A stretch of DNA of 64,000 bases from Candidatus Binatia bacterium. Lineage in GTDB: Bacteria; Desulfobacterota; Binatia; UBA9968; JAJDTQ01. This document shows, piece by piece, positions 27,476 through 37,926 of this stretch. The first letter of the stretch is position 1, and each line of letters begins with the position of its first letter. Below the pieces are notes generated by a model. That model was not told where the DNA came from. It was given only the letters and a program-made list of their open reading frames with translations, and searched no databases. The stretch covers positions 3,648,001-3,712,000 of the forward strand of contig OY762897.2 of NCBI GenBank assembly GCA_963666515.2. The letters run 5' to 3'. The translations under genes were made by a program, and so were the position numbers.

Positions 27476-29374
27476 TCAGCCGGCCTTCATCTTGTAGAGG
27501 TACAGGGAAAGCACGGAGATGGCCGCCGGGGTCACCCCCGAGATTCGGTAAGCCTGTCCGAGGGAACGGGGCCGCACGTGGGAAAGCTTCTCCCGGATCT
27601 CGCGCGAGAGCCCGTTGATCTGCCCGTAGTCCAGGTCCTCCGGGAGGGTCACGTTCTCCATCTTCTGGAACCGCTTGAGGCCCTGGGTCTGCCGGTCCAC
27701 GTAACCGCTGTATTTTATGGATACTTCCGTCTGTAGCGCCACATCCGGCGGCGCCTCGGCCAGCTCCGGACAGAACGTAGCCAGGTTCCCGAAAGCGATC
27801 TCCGGCCGGCGGAGCAACTGCGCCAACGACGTGATGTTCCGTACGGGAGCCGTTTCCATGGCGTGGAGTTGGGCCTGGACGGACTTGGACGGATTGACAC
27901 GCGTGTTCTCCAACTTTTGGGTCAACTCGGTGATCTGTTCCTGCTTCCGGGCGGTCCTCGCGTATGCCTCCGGCGTGGCGAGGCCGATACGGCGCCCCAG
28001 CTCGGTAAGGCGCAGGTCCGCGTTGTCCTCCCGGAGCAGCAAGCGGTACTCGGCCCGGGAGGTGAACATCCGGTAGGGCTCGCCATCGGTTCCCTTGGTG
28101 ACCAGGTCGTCGATCAACACGCCGATGTAGGCTTGGTCGCGGGAAAGAACCAGCGGCTCTTCCCCCTTGAGGGCGAGACACGCGTTGATGGCCGCCATCA
28201 GCCCCTGGCTGGCCGCCTCCTCGTACCCGGTGGTCCCGTTGATCTGACCGGCCAGGTAGAGGTTGCCGATGGACTTGGTCTCCAGGGAAGGCTTGAGCTG
28301 AGTCGGCTCCACGTAGTCGTACTCGATGGCATAGCCGGGCCTCATGATCTCCGCCTCTTCAAGGCCTTCGATGCTGTGAACCAGGTCCACCTGGACGTCG
28401 AGAGGGAGGCTCGTGGAGATGCCGTTCGGGTAGACCTCCACAGTGTCATAGCCTTCGGGCTCCAGGAAGATCTGGTGGCGCTGCTTTTCCGCGAAACGCA
28501 CCACCTTGTCCTCGATGGAGGGGCAGTAACGCGGTCCGCGGCTCTTGATGACCCCGGAATACATGGGCGATCGGTGGATGGCCGCCCGGATGATGTCGTG
28601 TGTCCTGGAGTTCGTATAGGTGATGTGGCAGGGGATCTGTCTCTGCTCGATCCGCTCCGTTCCAAAGGAGAACGGTATCGGGTTTTCATCGCCGTACTGG
28701 ACGGAAAGTCTCGAAAAATCAATGGTATGGGCGTTCAACCGCGGGCAGGTCCCGGTCTTGAGCCTTCCGAGCCGGAGCCCCAGTGCGCTCAACGACCCGC
28801 TCAAGCCCTGGGCGGCGAAATCGCCGGCGCGGCCGGCCGAATAGTTGCGGTCGCCGACGTGGATCATGCCCTGAAGGAAGGTCCCGGTGGTCAAGATGGT
28901 CTTCCTGGCCTCGAAGACTTCCCCGATCTGCGATTCGACGCCCGCGACCTTGCCGTCACGGCAGAGGAGCGCCTCGACGCTGGCCTGCTTGAGGGTCAGA
29001 TTCTCGCAGTTCTCCACCACCTGCTTCATCCGCCGGCGGTAAAGGGCCTTGTCGGCCTGCGCCCGGGACGCCCTGACCGCCGGCCCCTTCTTCGTGTTCA
29101 GCATGCGGAACTGGATGCCGGTCTCGTCGATGGCGCGGGCCATCTCGCCCCCGAGGGCGTCGATCTCCTTGACGAGATGCCCCTTCCCTATGCCGCCGAT
29201 GGCCGGATTGCACGACATCTGGCCGATATGGTCGAGGTTCAGCGTCAGCATCAACGTGTCGAAACCCATGCGCGCGGCCGCCAGAGCGGCTTCGATGCCC
29301 GCGTGTCCGGCGCCGACCACGATGACGTCGTATATCCTGCCGTTCCCCTTTTCCGACTGTTTCACGTGAAACAT
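27476..29374 (-). CDS. mnmG: tRNA modification enzyme MnmG (GidA)
   Basis: GAGHAG, MSCNPAIGG, GPRYCPSIEDK, AGQINGTTGYEEAA. Confidence 0.98.
   Translation of the reverse strand: MFHVKQSEKGNGRIYDVIVVGAGHAGIEAALAAARMGFDTLMLTLNLDHIGQMSCNPAIGGIGKGHLVKEIDALGGEMARAIDETGIQFRMLNTKKGPAVRASRAQADKALYRRRMKQVVENCENLTLKQASVEALLCRDGKVAGVESQIGEVFEARKTILTTGTFLQGMIHVGDRNYSAGRAGDFAAQGLSGSLSALGLRLGRLKTGTCPRLNAHTIDFSRLSVQYGDENPIPFSFGTERIEQRQIPCHITYTNSRTHDIIRAAIHRSPMYSGVIKSRGPRYCPSIEDKVVRFAEKQRHQIFLEPEGYDTVEVYPNGISTSLPLDVQVDLVHSIEGLEEAEIMRPGYAIEYDYVEPTQLKPSLETKSIGNLYLAGQINGTTGYEEAASQGLMAAINACLALKGEEPLVLSRDQAYIGVLIDDLVTKGTDGEPYRMFTSRAEYRLLLREDNADLRLTELGRRIGLATPEAYARTARKQEQITELTQKLENTRVNPSKSVQAQLHAMETAPVRNITSLAQLLRRPEIAFGNLATFCPELAEAPPDVALQTEVSIKYSGYVDRQTQGLKRFQKMENVTLPEDLDYGQINGLSREIREKLSHVRPRSLGQAYRISGVTPAAISVLSLYLYKMKAG
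29358..29373. promoter_or_regulatory. parS site 2, overlapping the start of mnmG
   Basis: Perfect TGTTTCACGTGAAACA, read as MFHVK in the mnmG frame. Confidence 0.93.
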
Positions 29375-29451
29375 CCCTCACTGACTTGTGGATCAGAACT
29401 CCAATTGTGCCAAATTCCCCGACGAACTTCCATGCGCCGGAGCAAATGCGG

Positions 29452-30840
29452 TTACTTCCCTATGCAGAACTGGGAGAAGATACGGTCGAGGATATCCTCG
29501 TTGGTCACCGTGCCGATGATTTCCTCCAGGCTGTCTCTAGCCTCCTGCAAGTCCACGGCGACGATATCCGGCGGCAAGCCACGGCCGATGGCCTCGTGCA
29601 CCTCCAGCAGGCTCGCCCGCGCCCGATCCAGTGCGGCCTTGTGGCGCACGTTGGTCACGACGATCTCCGGCTCCTCCGTGGAATCCAGAAAGCAATCGCG
29701 CAAGGCGGCCTTCAACCGATCCAGCCCCTGGTTCGTCAGCGCCGACACCTCGACCTGTTCCAGTCCGGGCAAGCACCCTGAAACGGCCGACCGGTCGATC
29801 CTCTGGGGCAGATCGGACTTGTTGACGACCACAAGCCCCTGTTTCTCCCGCACCATTTCCATCACCGCCATGTCTTCCCTGGTCAGCGAAACGGAGCCGT
29901 CGAGAACGAGCATGCATCCCTGGCTCTCCTCGAGCCGCTTGAAGGTCACGTCGATGCCGATCTGCTCCACGCCCTCGGTCCGGTCCCTGATGCCCGCGGT
30001 GTCCCACAGCACCACCGGCAGGCCCTTCAGGTTGACCGTTTCCTCGATGAAGTCCCGGGTCGTTCCCGGCGTCGCGGTGACGATGGCCCGCTCCACGCCG
30101 AGCAACGCGTTCATCAGGCTCGACTTGCCGACGTTGGGCCGTCCGACGATGCATACCCGGACGCCCTCGCGGATCAACCGGCCCCATGCGTAGCTGTCCA
30201 CGAGCGCCGATATCCTTTCCACGACCCCGGTGACCTTGCGCCCCAGTTCCTCGCGCTGGAGCAGCTCGATCTCTTCCTCCGGGAAGTCGATGGCCGCCTC
30301 CACCTGCACCAGCGTATCCACCAATTGTTCCCGCAGGTCCTGCACCTCCTGCGACAGCCCGCCCTCCATCTGGCCCAACGCCACTCCCGCGGCCTTGTCC
30401 GTACGTGACCGGATCAGGTCCAGCACGGCCTCGGCCTGGGCCAAATCCAACCGTCCGTTCAAGTAGGCCCTCTTGGTGAACTCGCCCGGCTCCGCGTGCC
30501 GCGCCCCGCGCTTCAGCGCCAGACCGAGCACCTGACGGACCACGTACGGGCCGCCGTGACAATGAATCTCGACGGTATCCTCGCCGGTGTAGCTTCTGGG
30601 CTCCTGGAGAAACGCGAACATCACCTCATCCACCACGGCTCCGCTGTCCGGATCCCGAACCCGCCCGTAGGACAATCGGTGCGATTCCCACCCGGTATCC
30701 TTGCGGGCGAGGACCTCGGCCCCGATGCGCCGGGCATCCGGACCGCTCAGGCGCACCACCGCGACGCCTCCCTCGCCGGGAGGCGTCGCCACCGCTGCTA
30801 TGGTATCTGCCCGGTACATCGAGAAGTCCACGGCTTCCAT
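29452..30840 (-). CDS. mnmE: tRNA modification GTPase MnmE (TrmE)
   Basis: DTIAAVAT, GRPNVGKSS, GTTRD, DTAG, NKSD, C-terminal FCIGK. TATAAT at 30852-30857 on the minus strand. Confidence 0.98.
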   Translation of the reverse strand: MEAVDFSMYRADTIAAVATPPGEGGVAVVRLSGPDARRIGAEVLARKDTGWESHRLSYGRVRDPDSGAVVDEVMFAFLQEPRSYTGEDTVEIHCHGGPYVVRQVLGLALKRGARHAEPGEFTKRAYLNGRLDLAQAEAVLDLIRSRTDKAAGVALGQMEGGLSQEVQDLREQLVDTLVQVEAAIDFPEEEIELLQREELGRKVTGVVERISALVDSYAWGRLIREGVRVCIVGRPNVGKSSLMNALLGVERAIVTATPGTTRDFIEETVNLKGLPVVLWDTAGIRDRTEGVEQIGIDVTFKRLEESQGCMLVLDGSVSLTREDMAVMEMVREKQGLVVVNKSDLPQRIDRSAVSGCLPGLEQVEVSALTNQGLDRLKAALRDCFLDSTEEPEIVVTNVRHKAALDRARASLLEVHEAIGRGLPPDIVAVDLQEARDSLEEIIGTVTNEDILDRIFSQFCIGK

Positions 30841-30988
30841 GAGCCAGCGCCATTATAGCCCATCCGTCCCCGTCGTGCGTCCCACTTGGGCGATCCCTGA
30901 CGCGCCGCACCGCCCGCACCTTCTAGCCGGCGCGTATTCGCCTCACCCGAAAAACTGTGTTAGATAAGCAGGTTCGATAGGGAACGCC

Positions 30989-32047
30989 ATGAACCAGACC
31001 ACAGACGACCTGCGAATCGAGACCCTGCGTCCGCTGCTGCCGCCGATGATCCTGGTCAACGAGGAGTTGCCGATCACCGAGCAGGCCACTGCCACGGTAA
31101 CCAGGGCCCGCCAGGAGATCGAAGCGATCCTGAGCGGCGAAGACCGCCGTCTGCTCGTCGTCTCCGGCCCCTGCTCCGTTCACGACTCGGACGCGGCCAT
31201 TGAGTACGCCGGCCGCTTGAAACACGAAGCCGCCCGCCTGGCGGACGACCTGCTGGTGATCATGCGCGTCTACTTCGAGAAGCCGCGCACCACGGTAGGT
31301 TGGAAGGGCCTCATCAACGACCCGGACCTCGACGGCACGTTCAACCTCAACAAGGGGCTGCGGCTCGCCCGGGGTCTGCTGCTGGATCTGGCCAACATGG
31401 GACTGCCCACGGGGTCCGAGTTCCTGGACACCATCACTCCCCAGTTCACCGCCGACTTGGTTTCGTGGGGGGCCATCGGCGCCCGCACCGCGGAAAGCCA
31501 GGTGCATCGGGAGCTGGCTTCCGGACTGTCCATGCCCGTGGGCTTCAAGAACAGCACCGGCGGCTCCATCCAGATCGCCATCGACGGCGTGCGCGCCGCC
31601 GCACACCCGCATCATTTCCTCGGCGTGACCCACCAGGGAATCGCCGCGGTCATCTCGACGCATGGCAACGCGAGCTGCCACGTCGTCCTGCGCGGCTCCA
31701 ACCTCGGCCCCAACTTCGACCGGACCGTGGTCGACGAGACCGCGCAGTCCATGCACGACGCCAACCTGCCGCACCGGGTGCTCGTGGACTGCAGCCACGG
31801 CAACAGCCAGAAGGACTACCGGCGGCAGCCCGAGGTCTGTGCCGACGTCTGCGGGCAGGTCGCCTCCGGCTCCGACAACATCTGCGGCGTCATGATGGAG
31901 AGCCACCTCGTGGCAGGCCGCCAGGACATCAAGCCCGACACCCCGCTCACCTACGGCCAGAGCGTCACCGACGCCTGCATCGACTGGGAAACCACCGTTC
32001 CCATGCTCGAAGACCTGGCCCGCGCTTCTGCGAATCGGCGCTCCTGA
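30989..32047 (+). CDS. DAHP synthase, class I-alpha (AroF/G/H type)
   Basis: GPCSVHD, YFEKPRTTVGWKG, AIGARTAESQVHR, DCSHGNS. Confidence 0.96.
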   Translation: MNQTTDDLRIETLRPLLPPMILVNEELPITEQATATVTRARQEIEAILSGEDRRLLVVSGPCSVHDSDAAIEYAGRLKHEAARLADDLLVIMRVYFEKPRTTVGWKGLINDPDLDGTFNLNKGLRLARGLLLDLANMGLPTGSEFLDTITPQFTADLVSWGAIGARTAESQVHRELASGLSMPVGFKNSTGGSIQIAIDGVRAAAHPHHFLGVTHQGIAAVISTHGNASCHVVLRGSNLGPNFDRTVVDETAQSMHDANLPHRVLVDCSHGNSQKDYRRQPEVCADVCGQVASGSDNICGVMMESHLVAGRQDIKPDTPLTYGQSVTDACIDWETTVPMLEDLARASANRRS

Positions 32048-32091
32048 ACGACCCGAACTTGGCGTCGCGTCCCACCTGATTCTTGACAATC

Positions 32092-34281
32092 TCAGGGGTT
32101 CTCTGCGCTCTCGAGGGCGGCGTCATCGACGCCCAGCGATTCGAGCACGGGACCGAAATACCCCGCGAAGGTGCCCGCGACGGAACCGTCGACGATCAGG
32201 CGCTGGTCAGCGCCGCAATGGATAACGAGGGCGTCCGCCAGGGGGCGTGACAGACGGCTGAACCGGACCTCTTCTTTCAGGTAGGTCCTCGTCTCGCCGT
32301 CGTCGAGCGAGAGTTCCTCCTTCGGAACTTCCCCTACAACGACGCGGTCATCGAACAGGAGCACCCAGCGCGCCCGCCCGTTGCCGGACGACGCGTCGAA
32401 CACCGCGAAGGCCCCGTTCCGGCCGTCGGAAGCGGCGATGAGGCCTGCCGGCGCAGGGAGTTCCTGCTCGCCGATCTGCCGCAGCACAGCCGGCGCTGAC
32501 CCTGGCGGGACGGTCGACAACGTCCCGTGCTTCAGGCGATCACGGAGCCGCGATTCTACCGCCTTCAGGTATCGTGACCACAGCGCAGTGACCTGCTTGC
32601 GCTCCGGGAGCAGCACCGAAGCATTGAGCAGCACGATATGGTCGTGCTCCACCGGCCAGTCGGCCGCGGCCTTCGTCGCCAGAATGTCGACAAAGGATGC
32701 CATCAGTGGTTCGGCAAGAGAGTCTCCGACCAGATCCCGCGGGGGCTCGATCAAGTGTTGCTCACTTTCCGCAACGCGGTCGGATTCGAGGTCGCCATCG
32801 TCGAAGGCGACCGGCATGGCCTTCTCCAACAGCACGCGGTTCACGCCGGCATCGCCGATACGCTTGCGCGCCGCTACGGCGAACGCGCTGCCTTCGATCA
32901 CCTGCCGCGCTTCCCCGATGTCGAGTCGACACCAGTCGCGGGCAAGCATCGCTAGCTGAATGAATCCCTCCTCGATGCGTATCTCCTCGCGGCTGCCGGC
33001 ATCGATCAGATCGATCCGCAGACCCATCGACAGCCCCTTCTCCATGTCCTCGATCGCCTTGCTGGCCTTCGGCTCATTCAATCCACGCATGTCCCGCAGG
33101 ACCGCGCCGAGACACTCGGCGATCGCCTGGCGTTGCGCGGGGCGCAAGGACGCGAAGTCGACGGGCGGCGTCAGCGTGGAGTCCGGTTCACCGTCGTCGG
33201 CAAGTGCGCGCAGCAGTGCCAACTTGGCGAACTCGTCCGGAATCTGTGCGCGCAGAATGCGGTCCAGCAGGAGCTTGCGGTTGTGGTCGACGCCCGGAAC
33301 CAGCTTGTGAATGCGAAGCGCCTCGACGAGCCCCAGCCAGTCGGCGCTTCGATACGTGCGGCCCGGATCGTATGTGCGCGCCACATGCAGATAGACCAGT
33401 GCTACGGAACCTTCCAGCAGTTCCTTCAGCCAGACCTCCGCGTACCTCTTGGCGACGTGTTTGCCCACCCGGGTAAATGCCTCCCCGGCGAGAGTCGACG
33501 CTACCAGTGTGACCGGGTTCGCACCGAGAGCAATGCGAGCAAGCAGCGTCGCGCCGCGTACATAGTGCTGATAGGGCGTATACTTCCGGTAAAGATTACG
33601 CACCTTCTGCACCTGCTCGAGCCGCGTCACGATTTCCCTCACGGTCAGACCCGTGACGTTGACCACCGGCACCTGCCGCGCCACTTGCAGGAGGTCGCCG
33701 ATGGCAGACCGAGCGGCAAGCGCGATGTCGCCGATGCGCGCGTCGAGTTCCGCCTTCTCGGCATCCTGCCCGTACAGACGGGCGACTTCCTCCACAACGC
33801 TGCGGATTTCCTCGAAAATAGCCCGGCCGTCGAGACCGCCGATCTCCCCGTGTCTTTGCCTCACATAGCGCCGGTCGCGGATACCATCCCAGACGCGGTC
33901 GCAGCGGGCTTGGATCATTCTCCCGAGCCGTGCATCCAGCTCCGACAGCGCCGTGTCCGTTTCGGAGCCGTGCGACCGCTGGAGCGCGCTCCAGGCCTGC
34001 TCCACCGGCGACACGCCCTCGGTGCGCCAGCGCTTCTCGACCTCTCTCAGATCGCGCTCACGCAGTTCGTCGATGTGCTGCTCGATCTCCATGACAAGCC
34101 TTCCGTCAACGGCAGCGGATCGCACGAGGCCCGCGGCGAAACCGAGCGCACCGGCGCCGAGCAGGATGAGCGCGATCCCCACTTCTACCGAGAGCAGGAA
34201 AAGGAGAGCGACCCCGGCGACGGTGACGCCGCATCCTGCGACCAACCAGCCGATGGACGCGCTCATTCGGATCAGCCGCAT
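32092..34281 (-). CDS. Hypothetical membrane-anchored protein (about 729 aa)
   Basis: Long ORF; start MRLIRMSASIGW follows the Gfo gene; two N-terminal hydrophobic helices; no family recognised. Confidence 0.75.
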   Translation of the reverse strand: MRLIRMSASIGWLVAGCGVTVAGVALLFLLSVEVGIALILLGAGALGFAAGLVRSAAVDGRLVMEIEQHIDELRERDLREVEKRWRTEGVSPVEQAWSALQRSHGSETDTALSELDARLGRMIQARCDRVWDGIRDRRYVRQRHGEIGGLDGRAIFEEIRSVVEEVARLYGQDAEKAELDARIGDIALAARSAIGDLLQVARQVPVVNVTGLTVREIVTRLEQVQKVRNLYRKYTPYQHYVRGATLLARIALGANPVTLVASTLAGEAFTRVGKHVAKRYAEVWLKELLEGSVALVYLHVARTYDPGRTYRSADWLGLVEALRIHKLVPGVDHNRKLLLDRILRAQIPDEFAKLALLRALADDGEPDSTLTPPVDFASLRPAQRQAIAECLGAVLRDMRGLNEPKASKAIEDMEKGLSMGLRIDLIDAGSREEIRIEEGFIQLAMLARDWCRLDIGEARQVIEGSAFAVAARKRIGDAGVNRVLLEKAMPVAFDDGDLESDRVAESEQHLIEPPRDLVGDSLAEPLMASFVDILATKAAADWPVEHDHIVLLNASVLLPERKQVTALWSRYLKAVESRLRDRLKHGTLSTVPPGSAPAVLRQIGEQELPAPAGLIAASDGRNGAFAVFDASSGNGRARWVLLFDDRVVVGEVPKEELSLDDGETRTYLKEEVRFSRLSRPLADALVIHCGADQRLIVDGSVAGTFAGYFGPVLESLGVDDAALESAENP

Positions 34282-34307
34282 TCGACTACTCGGACGGGCC
34301 TCCAGCC

Positions 34308-35402
34308 CTACAACTCCACGGCCCGCCCCTGCTCCGACGACTCCGTGATGGCGTCGACCAGCCGGTGCAGGTCCACGGCGGTGTTGAAATCCGGCTCGCA
34401 AGCGGTGCCGTTGCGGATGGCGTCGGCGAACCTCACGTACATTTCTCCGACGTTCCTCGGCTCCTTCACCGGGGTCTCCGCCGGCGCCTTTGTGTATTCG
34501 GGCGGCACCGGAAGGTCCTGGAGACCGGAATCTCCTGCCCTGGTTCCCCGTAGACGGACCACCTCGAGCTGCGGCGTGTTGTCCGACGTGGCCACCAGAG
34601 TCCCCTCGCGGCCATATATCTCCATGCCGTATCCGTAGGCTTTCCAAGGTATGGCTGCCACATAGACCGAGGCTACCGCGCCGCTGGCCAACCGCCCGCT
34701 CACCAGGATGTTGTCCGGAGAAGTGACGTCCACGTAGCGTTGTGTGTCGGTCTCCAGCCACTGCCGTGCCTGGGTGCTCACCACCGCGGATACGGAGCTG
34801 AAATCACCCACGATGAACCGTAGCGCGTCGATGGTGTGGCCGTGGGCGATGGTCAAGGCGTTGGCGCCCAGGGACGCGTCCTTTTGCCAGCTCCGGTCCG
34901 AAGGCCAGTTGAGTATGCCGCCCCGGGCCACGCTCACGTGGCACGCCATGACCTCGCCCACGTAGCCGTCCGCCACCAGGTCCCTGGCGTAGACGATGGC
35001 GGGGTTGCCCCTGGCCTGCAGACCCACCATGTGCCCGAGGTCCTTGGCCTCGGCCAAATCACGCATCTCCACGGCCTCGGCCCTGGTCTTTCCCAGCGGC
35101 CACTCGGTGAAGACGTGCTTGCCGGCGTTGAGGGCGTCCATGGTCACCTGGTAGTGGGCCGGAACCCGCAGCACCACCGCCACGGCTTCGATGTCGGGTG
35201 AGGCCAACATCTCGCGGTAGTCATGGAACGCCATCCCGGCGCCATACTTCGCGGCCGATTCCTCGGCGCTCTCCTTGCGGGTGGTGCATACGGCCGTCAA
35301 CTCCACGTCCTGGCTCGCAACGATGGCCGGAAGGTGGCCTCTCGGACCCCATCCGCGGGTGGGGTTGGCGCCGATCACACCGAGTCTGATCTTTTCTGCC
35401 AT
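34308..35402 (-). CDS. Gfo/Idh/MocA family oxidoreductase
   Basis: IRLGVIGA, AGKHVFTEWPL, HGHTID. Confidence 0.93.
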   Translation of the reverse strand: MAEKIRLGVIGANPTRGWGPRGHLPAIVASQDVELTAVCTTRKESAEESAAKYGAGMAFHDYREMLASPDIEAVAVVLRVPAHYQVTMDALNAGKHVFTEWPLGKTRAEAVEMRDLAEAKDLGHMVGLQARGNPAIVYARDLVADGYVGEVMACHVSVARGGILNWPSDRSWQKDASLGANALTIAHGHTIDALRFIVGDFSSVSAVVSTQARQWLETDTQRYVDVTSPDNILVSGRLASGAVASVYVAAIPWKAYGYGMEIYGREGTLVATSDNTPQLEVVRLRGTRAGDSGLQDLPVPPEYTKAPAETPVKEPRNVGEMYVRFADAIRNGTACEPDFNTAVDLHRLVDAITESSEQGRAVEL

Positions 35403-35465
35403 GTTCTTCCTTTCCCGTTAAAACGGCATGTTACAAGCGTAATCCACAGTCCAATAACCGACCCT

Positions 35466-37508
35466 TTAATCTTCGAGCAGCGGCCTGAGCCCCTCCCAGT
35501 CCGTCACCGGCGGAGCGCAGGTGAAGTTCCGGCACACGTACACCGTGGGCTTGCCCCCGACCTGCGATTTGCCCTCCAGCAGCGGGGATATCTCCTCCAG
35601 CCTGGCGTCCGGGCTGACCCACTGAAACGTCTTGTTGGGCAGGTAGCTGTCCTGCACCTGCTGCACGACCCCGCGCGCATCGGCGTCCTCCTTCCCCGCC
35701 ACCATGACGATCTCCGCCGGCATGGACAGGTGGAAGTCCAGGGCTCCGAGCATGGTGGCGAGGCCGAAGGGCTCCTTGGCCATGGCGTCGTAGTGAAGCC
35801 GCAGGACCTTCTCCGCCCGCTCCAGCAGGTCCTGCTCTCCCGTGTAGTGGTGGAGCCGCAGGAGCACCGAGGCCGCCACCGAGTTGCCCGACGGGATGGA
35901 GTGGTCGAAGCCGGGCTTGGTGCGGCTGATGAGCTGCTCGTGGGACTTGCCGGTGTAGAAGAACCCGCCGTTCTCCTGGTCCCAGAACTCGTCCACCATG
36001 GTCCGCGCCAGGGCCTTGGACCGTTCCAGCAGCTCGGCGTCGAAGGTCGCCTCGAACAGGTCCAGCAGGCCGGCGATGAGGAAGGCGTAGTCGTCCAGGT
36101 AGCCCAGCAGCTTGGCCTGCCCGTCCTTGTAGGTGTGCAGCAGCAGCCCGTTGTCGAACATGCGCGTGAAGATGAAATCCACGGTCCTGGCGCCGGCCTC
36201 CCGGATGCGGGCGTCGCCGGTGATGGCGTAGCCGGCGGCCATCCCCGACAGTATCAGGCCGTTCCAGGAGACGATAACCTTCTCGTCGCGGAAGGGCTTG
36301 ACCCGTTTCTCGCGCTCCTCGAAAAGGCGTGCCCTGGAATCGGCCAGCACCGCTTCGATTTCGGTCTGCTCTTTTTTGAAGTACTTGGCCGCCTGCTCGA
36401 CGGTCAGAATCGGGTGCAGGATGTTCTTGCCCTCGAAGTTGCCGAGATCGGAGACGTCGTAGACCCGGCAGAAGATCTCGCCGTGCTCCTTGCCGAGGAG
36501 TTCCAGCACTTCCTCACGGGTCCACACGAAGAACTTGCCTTCCTCGCCCTCGCTGTCCGCATCCTGGGCGGAGTAGAAACCGCCTTCGGGCTGGCACATC
36601 TCCCGCAGCGCGTATTCCAGGGTCTCCACGACGATGCGCTTGAAGAATTCGTCCTTGGTGATGCGGTATGCCTCGGCGTAGACCTGCGCGAGCTGGCCGT
36701 TGTCGTAGAGCATCTTCTCGAAGTGGGGGACGAGCCACTTGTCGTCCACCGAGTAGCGGTGGAAACCGCCGCCGAGCTGGTCGTACATGCCTCCCTCGGC
36801 CATCTTGCGAAGCGTCTCGGTGATCATCTCCAGGTAGCGCCGGTTGCCCGACAGCCGGTAGGAGCGCAGGAACAGGTTGAACACCCCGGCGTTGGGGAAC
36901 TTGGGCGCCCGGCCGAAGCCGCCGTGGGTGGCGTCGTAGGCCGGCGTGAGGCCCTCCGCCCCTCGGGTGACCACCTCCACGCTCAGTTCCTGCCCGGTCT
37001 CGCTGAGCACGCTCATGCGGTCCAGCGCGGCCACGAGCTGGTCGACGTTCCTGGCTACGTCCTGGGGCTTGTTGCGGTACGCCTCCACCACCGCCTTCAG
37101 CACCCTCGGAAAACCCGGCATGCCGTGCCGGTCCTCGGGCGGGTAGTAGGTGCCGCCGAAGAAGGGCTTGCCCTCGGGGGTCAGGAACACGGTCATGGGC
37201 CAGCCGCCCCGCTTGGTGAGCATCTGCACCGCGTTCATGTAGATCTCGTCCAGGTCCGGCCGCTCCTCCCGGTCCACCTTGATGCTGACGAAGTTCTCGT
37301 TCATCAGCGCGGCGATGGCGTCGTTCTCGAAGGACTCGTGCTCCATCACGTGGCACCAGTGGCAGGCCGAGTAGCCGATGCTCAGGAGGATCGGCTTGTC
37401 CTCCGTCCGGGCCTTGGCGAAGGCTTCGTCTCCCCAGGGAAACCAGTCCACCGGGTTGCCGGCGTGTTGAAGCAGATACGGGCTCGTCTCGTTGGCCAGG
37501 CGGTTCAT
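35466..37508 (-). CDS. YyaL/SPATA20-like thioredoxin plus alpha/alpha-barrel protein
   Basis: [39 protein letters not shown]. Confidence 0.95.
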   Translation of the reverse strand: MNRLANETSPYLLQHAGNPVDWFPWGDEAFAKARTEDKPILLSIGYSACHWCHVMEHESFENDAIAALMNENFVSIKVDREERPDLDEIYMNAVQMLTKRGGWPMTVFLTPEGKPFFGGTYYPPEDRHGMPGFPRVLKAVVEAYRNKPQDVARNVDQLVAALDRMSVLSETGQELSVEVVTRGAEGLTPAYDATHGGFGRAPKFPNAGVFNLFLRSYRLSGNRRYLEMITETLRKMAEGGMYDQLGGGFHRYSVDDKWLVPHFEKMLYDNGQLAQVYAEAYRITKDEFFKRIVVETLEYALREMCQPEGGFYSAQDADSEGEEGKFFVWTREEVLELLGKEHGEIFCRVYDVSDLGNFEGKNILHPILTVEQAAKYFKKEQTEIEAVLADSRARLFEEREKRVKPFRDEKVIVSWNGLILSGMAAGYAITGDARIREAGARTVDFIFTRMFDNGLLLHTYKDGQAKLLGYLDDYAFLIAGLLDLFEATFDAELLERSKALARTMVDEFWDQENGGFFYTGKSHEQLISRTKPGFDHSIPSGNSVAASVLLRLHHYTGEQDLLERAEKVLRLHYDAMAKEPFGLATMLGALDFHLSMPAEIVMVAGKEDADARGVVQQVQDSYLPNKTFQWVSPDARLEEISPLLEGKSQVGGKPTVYVCRNFTCAPPVTDWEGLRPLLED

Positions 37509-37539
37509 CGGCAGGTTCTCCTATCGCGCTTCTTCAACA

Positions 37540-37899
37540 TCAGTACTTCCGCACCACCGCGACCACCACGCCGCGGACCTCCGTTTCTTCCTCCGCGGCC
37601 ACGATGGGGGCGAGCTGCTCGTCGGCGGACCGCAGCACCACTCTCCCGTCCCTACGGTGGTACTGCCTGACCGCGGGCTCGCCACGGACCAGCGCTACCA
37701 CGGTGTCGCCGTCTCGCGCCGCGGGCGTCGACCGCGCCAGGATGAGATCGCCGTCGCGAAGCTGCTCCGCGGCCATGGAATCGCCGCGGACTCGCAGGGC
37801 GAACGTGCCGGGGCTTCGCAGCAGCTCCTTGGGCGCGCCGGGCACATCGTCCATCTCGACCGGCTCGAGCACGCGCCTTTCACTCTTGGTGACGGTCAC
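37540..37899 (-). CDS. Stand-alone LexA-like S24 peptidase domain (no HTH)
   Basis: FALRVRGDSM..DGD..GDTVVAL..VRGVVVAVVRKY. The catalytic Lys position reads Arg (EPAVR). Confidence 0.82.
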   Translation of the reverse strand: MTVTKSERRVLEPVEMDDVPGAPKELLRSPGTFALRVRGDSMAAEQLRDGDLILARSTPAARDGDTVVALVRGEPAVRQYHRRDGRVVLRSADEQLAPIVAAEEETEVRGVVVAVVRKY

Positions 37900-37926
37900 C
37901 GGATCATCCCGGCGTCCTCCAGCCTA

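Noticed and set aside
29387-35448. DnaA-box-like 9-mers (TGTGGATCA near 29388, TAATCCACA near 35440; also TGTGAATCA near 13448)
   Set aside because: Isolated one-mismatch hits with no cluster or unwinding element, so oriC cannot be called.
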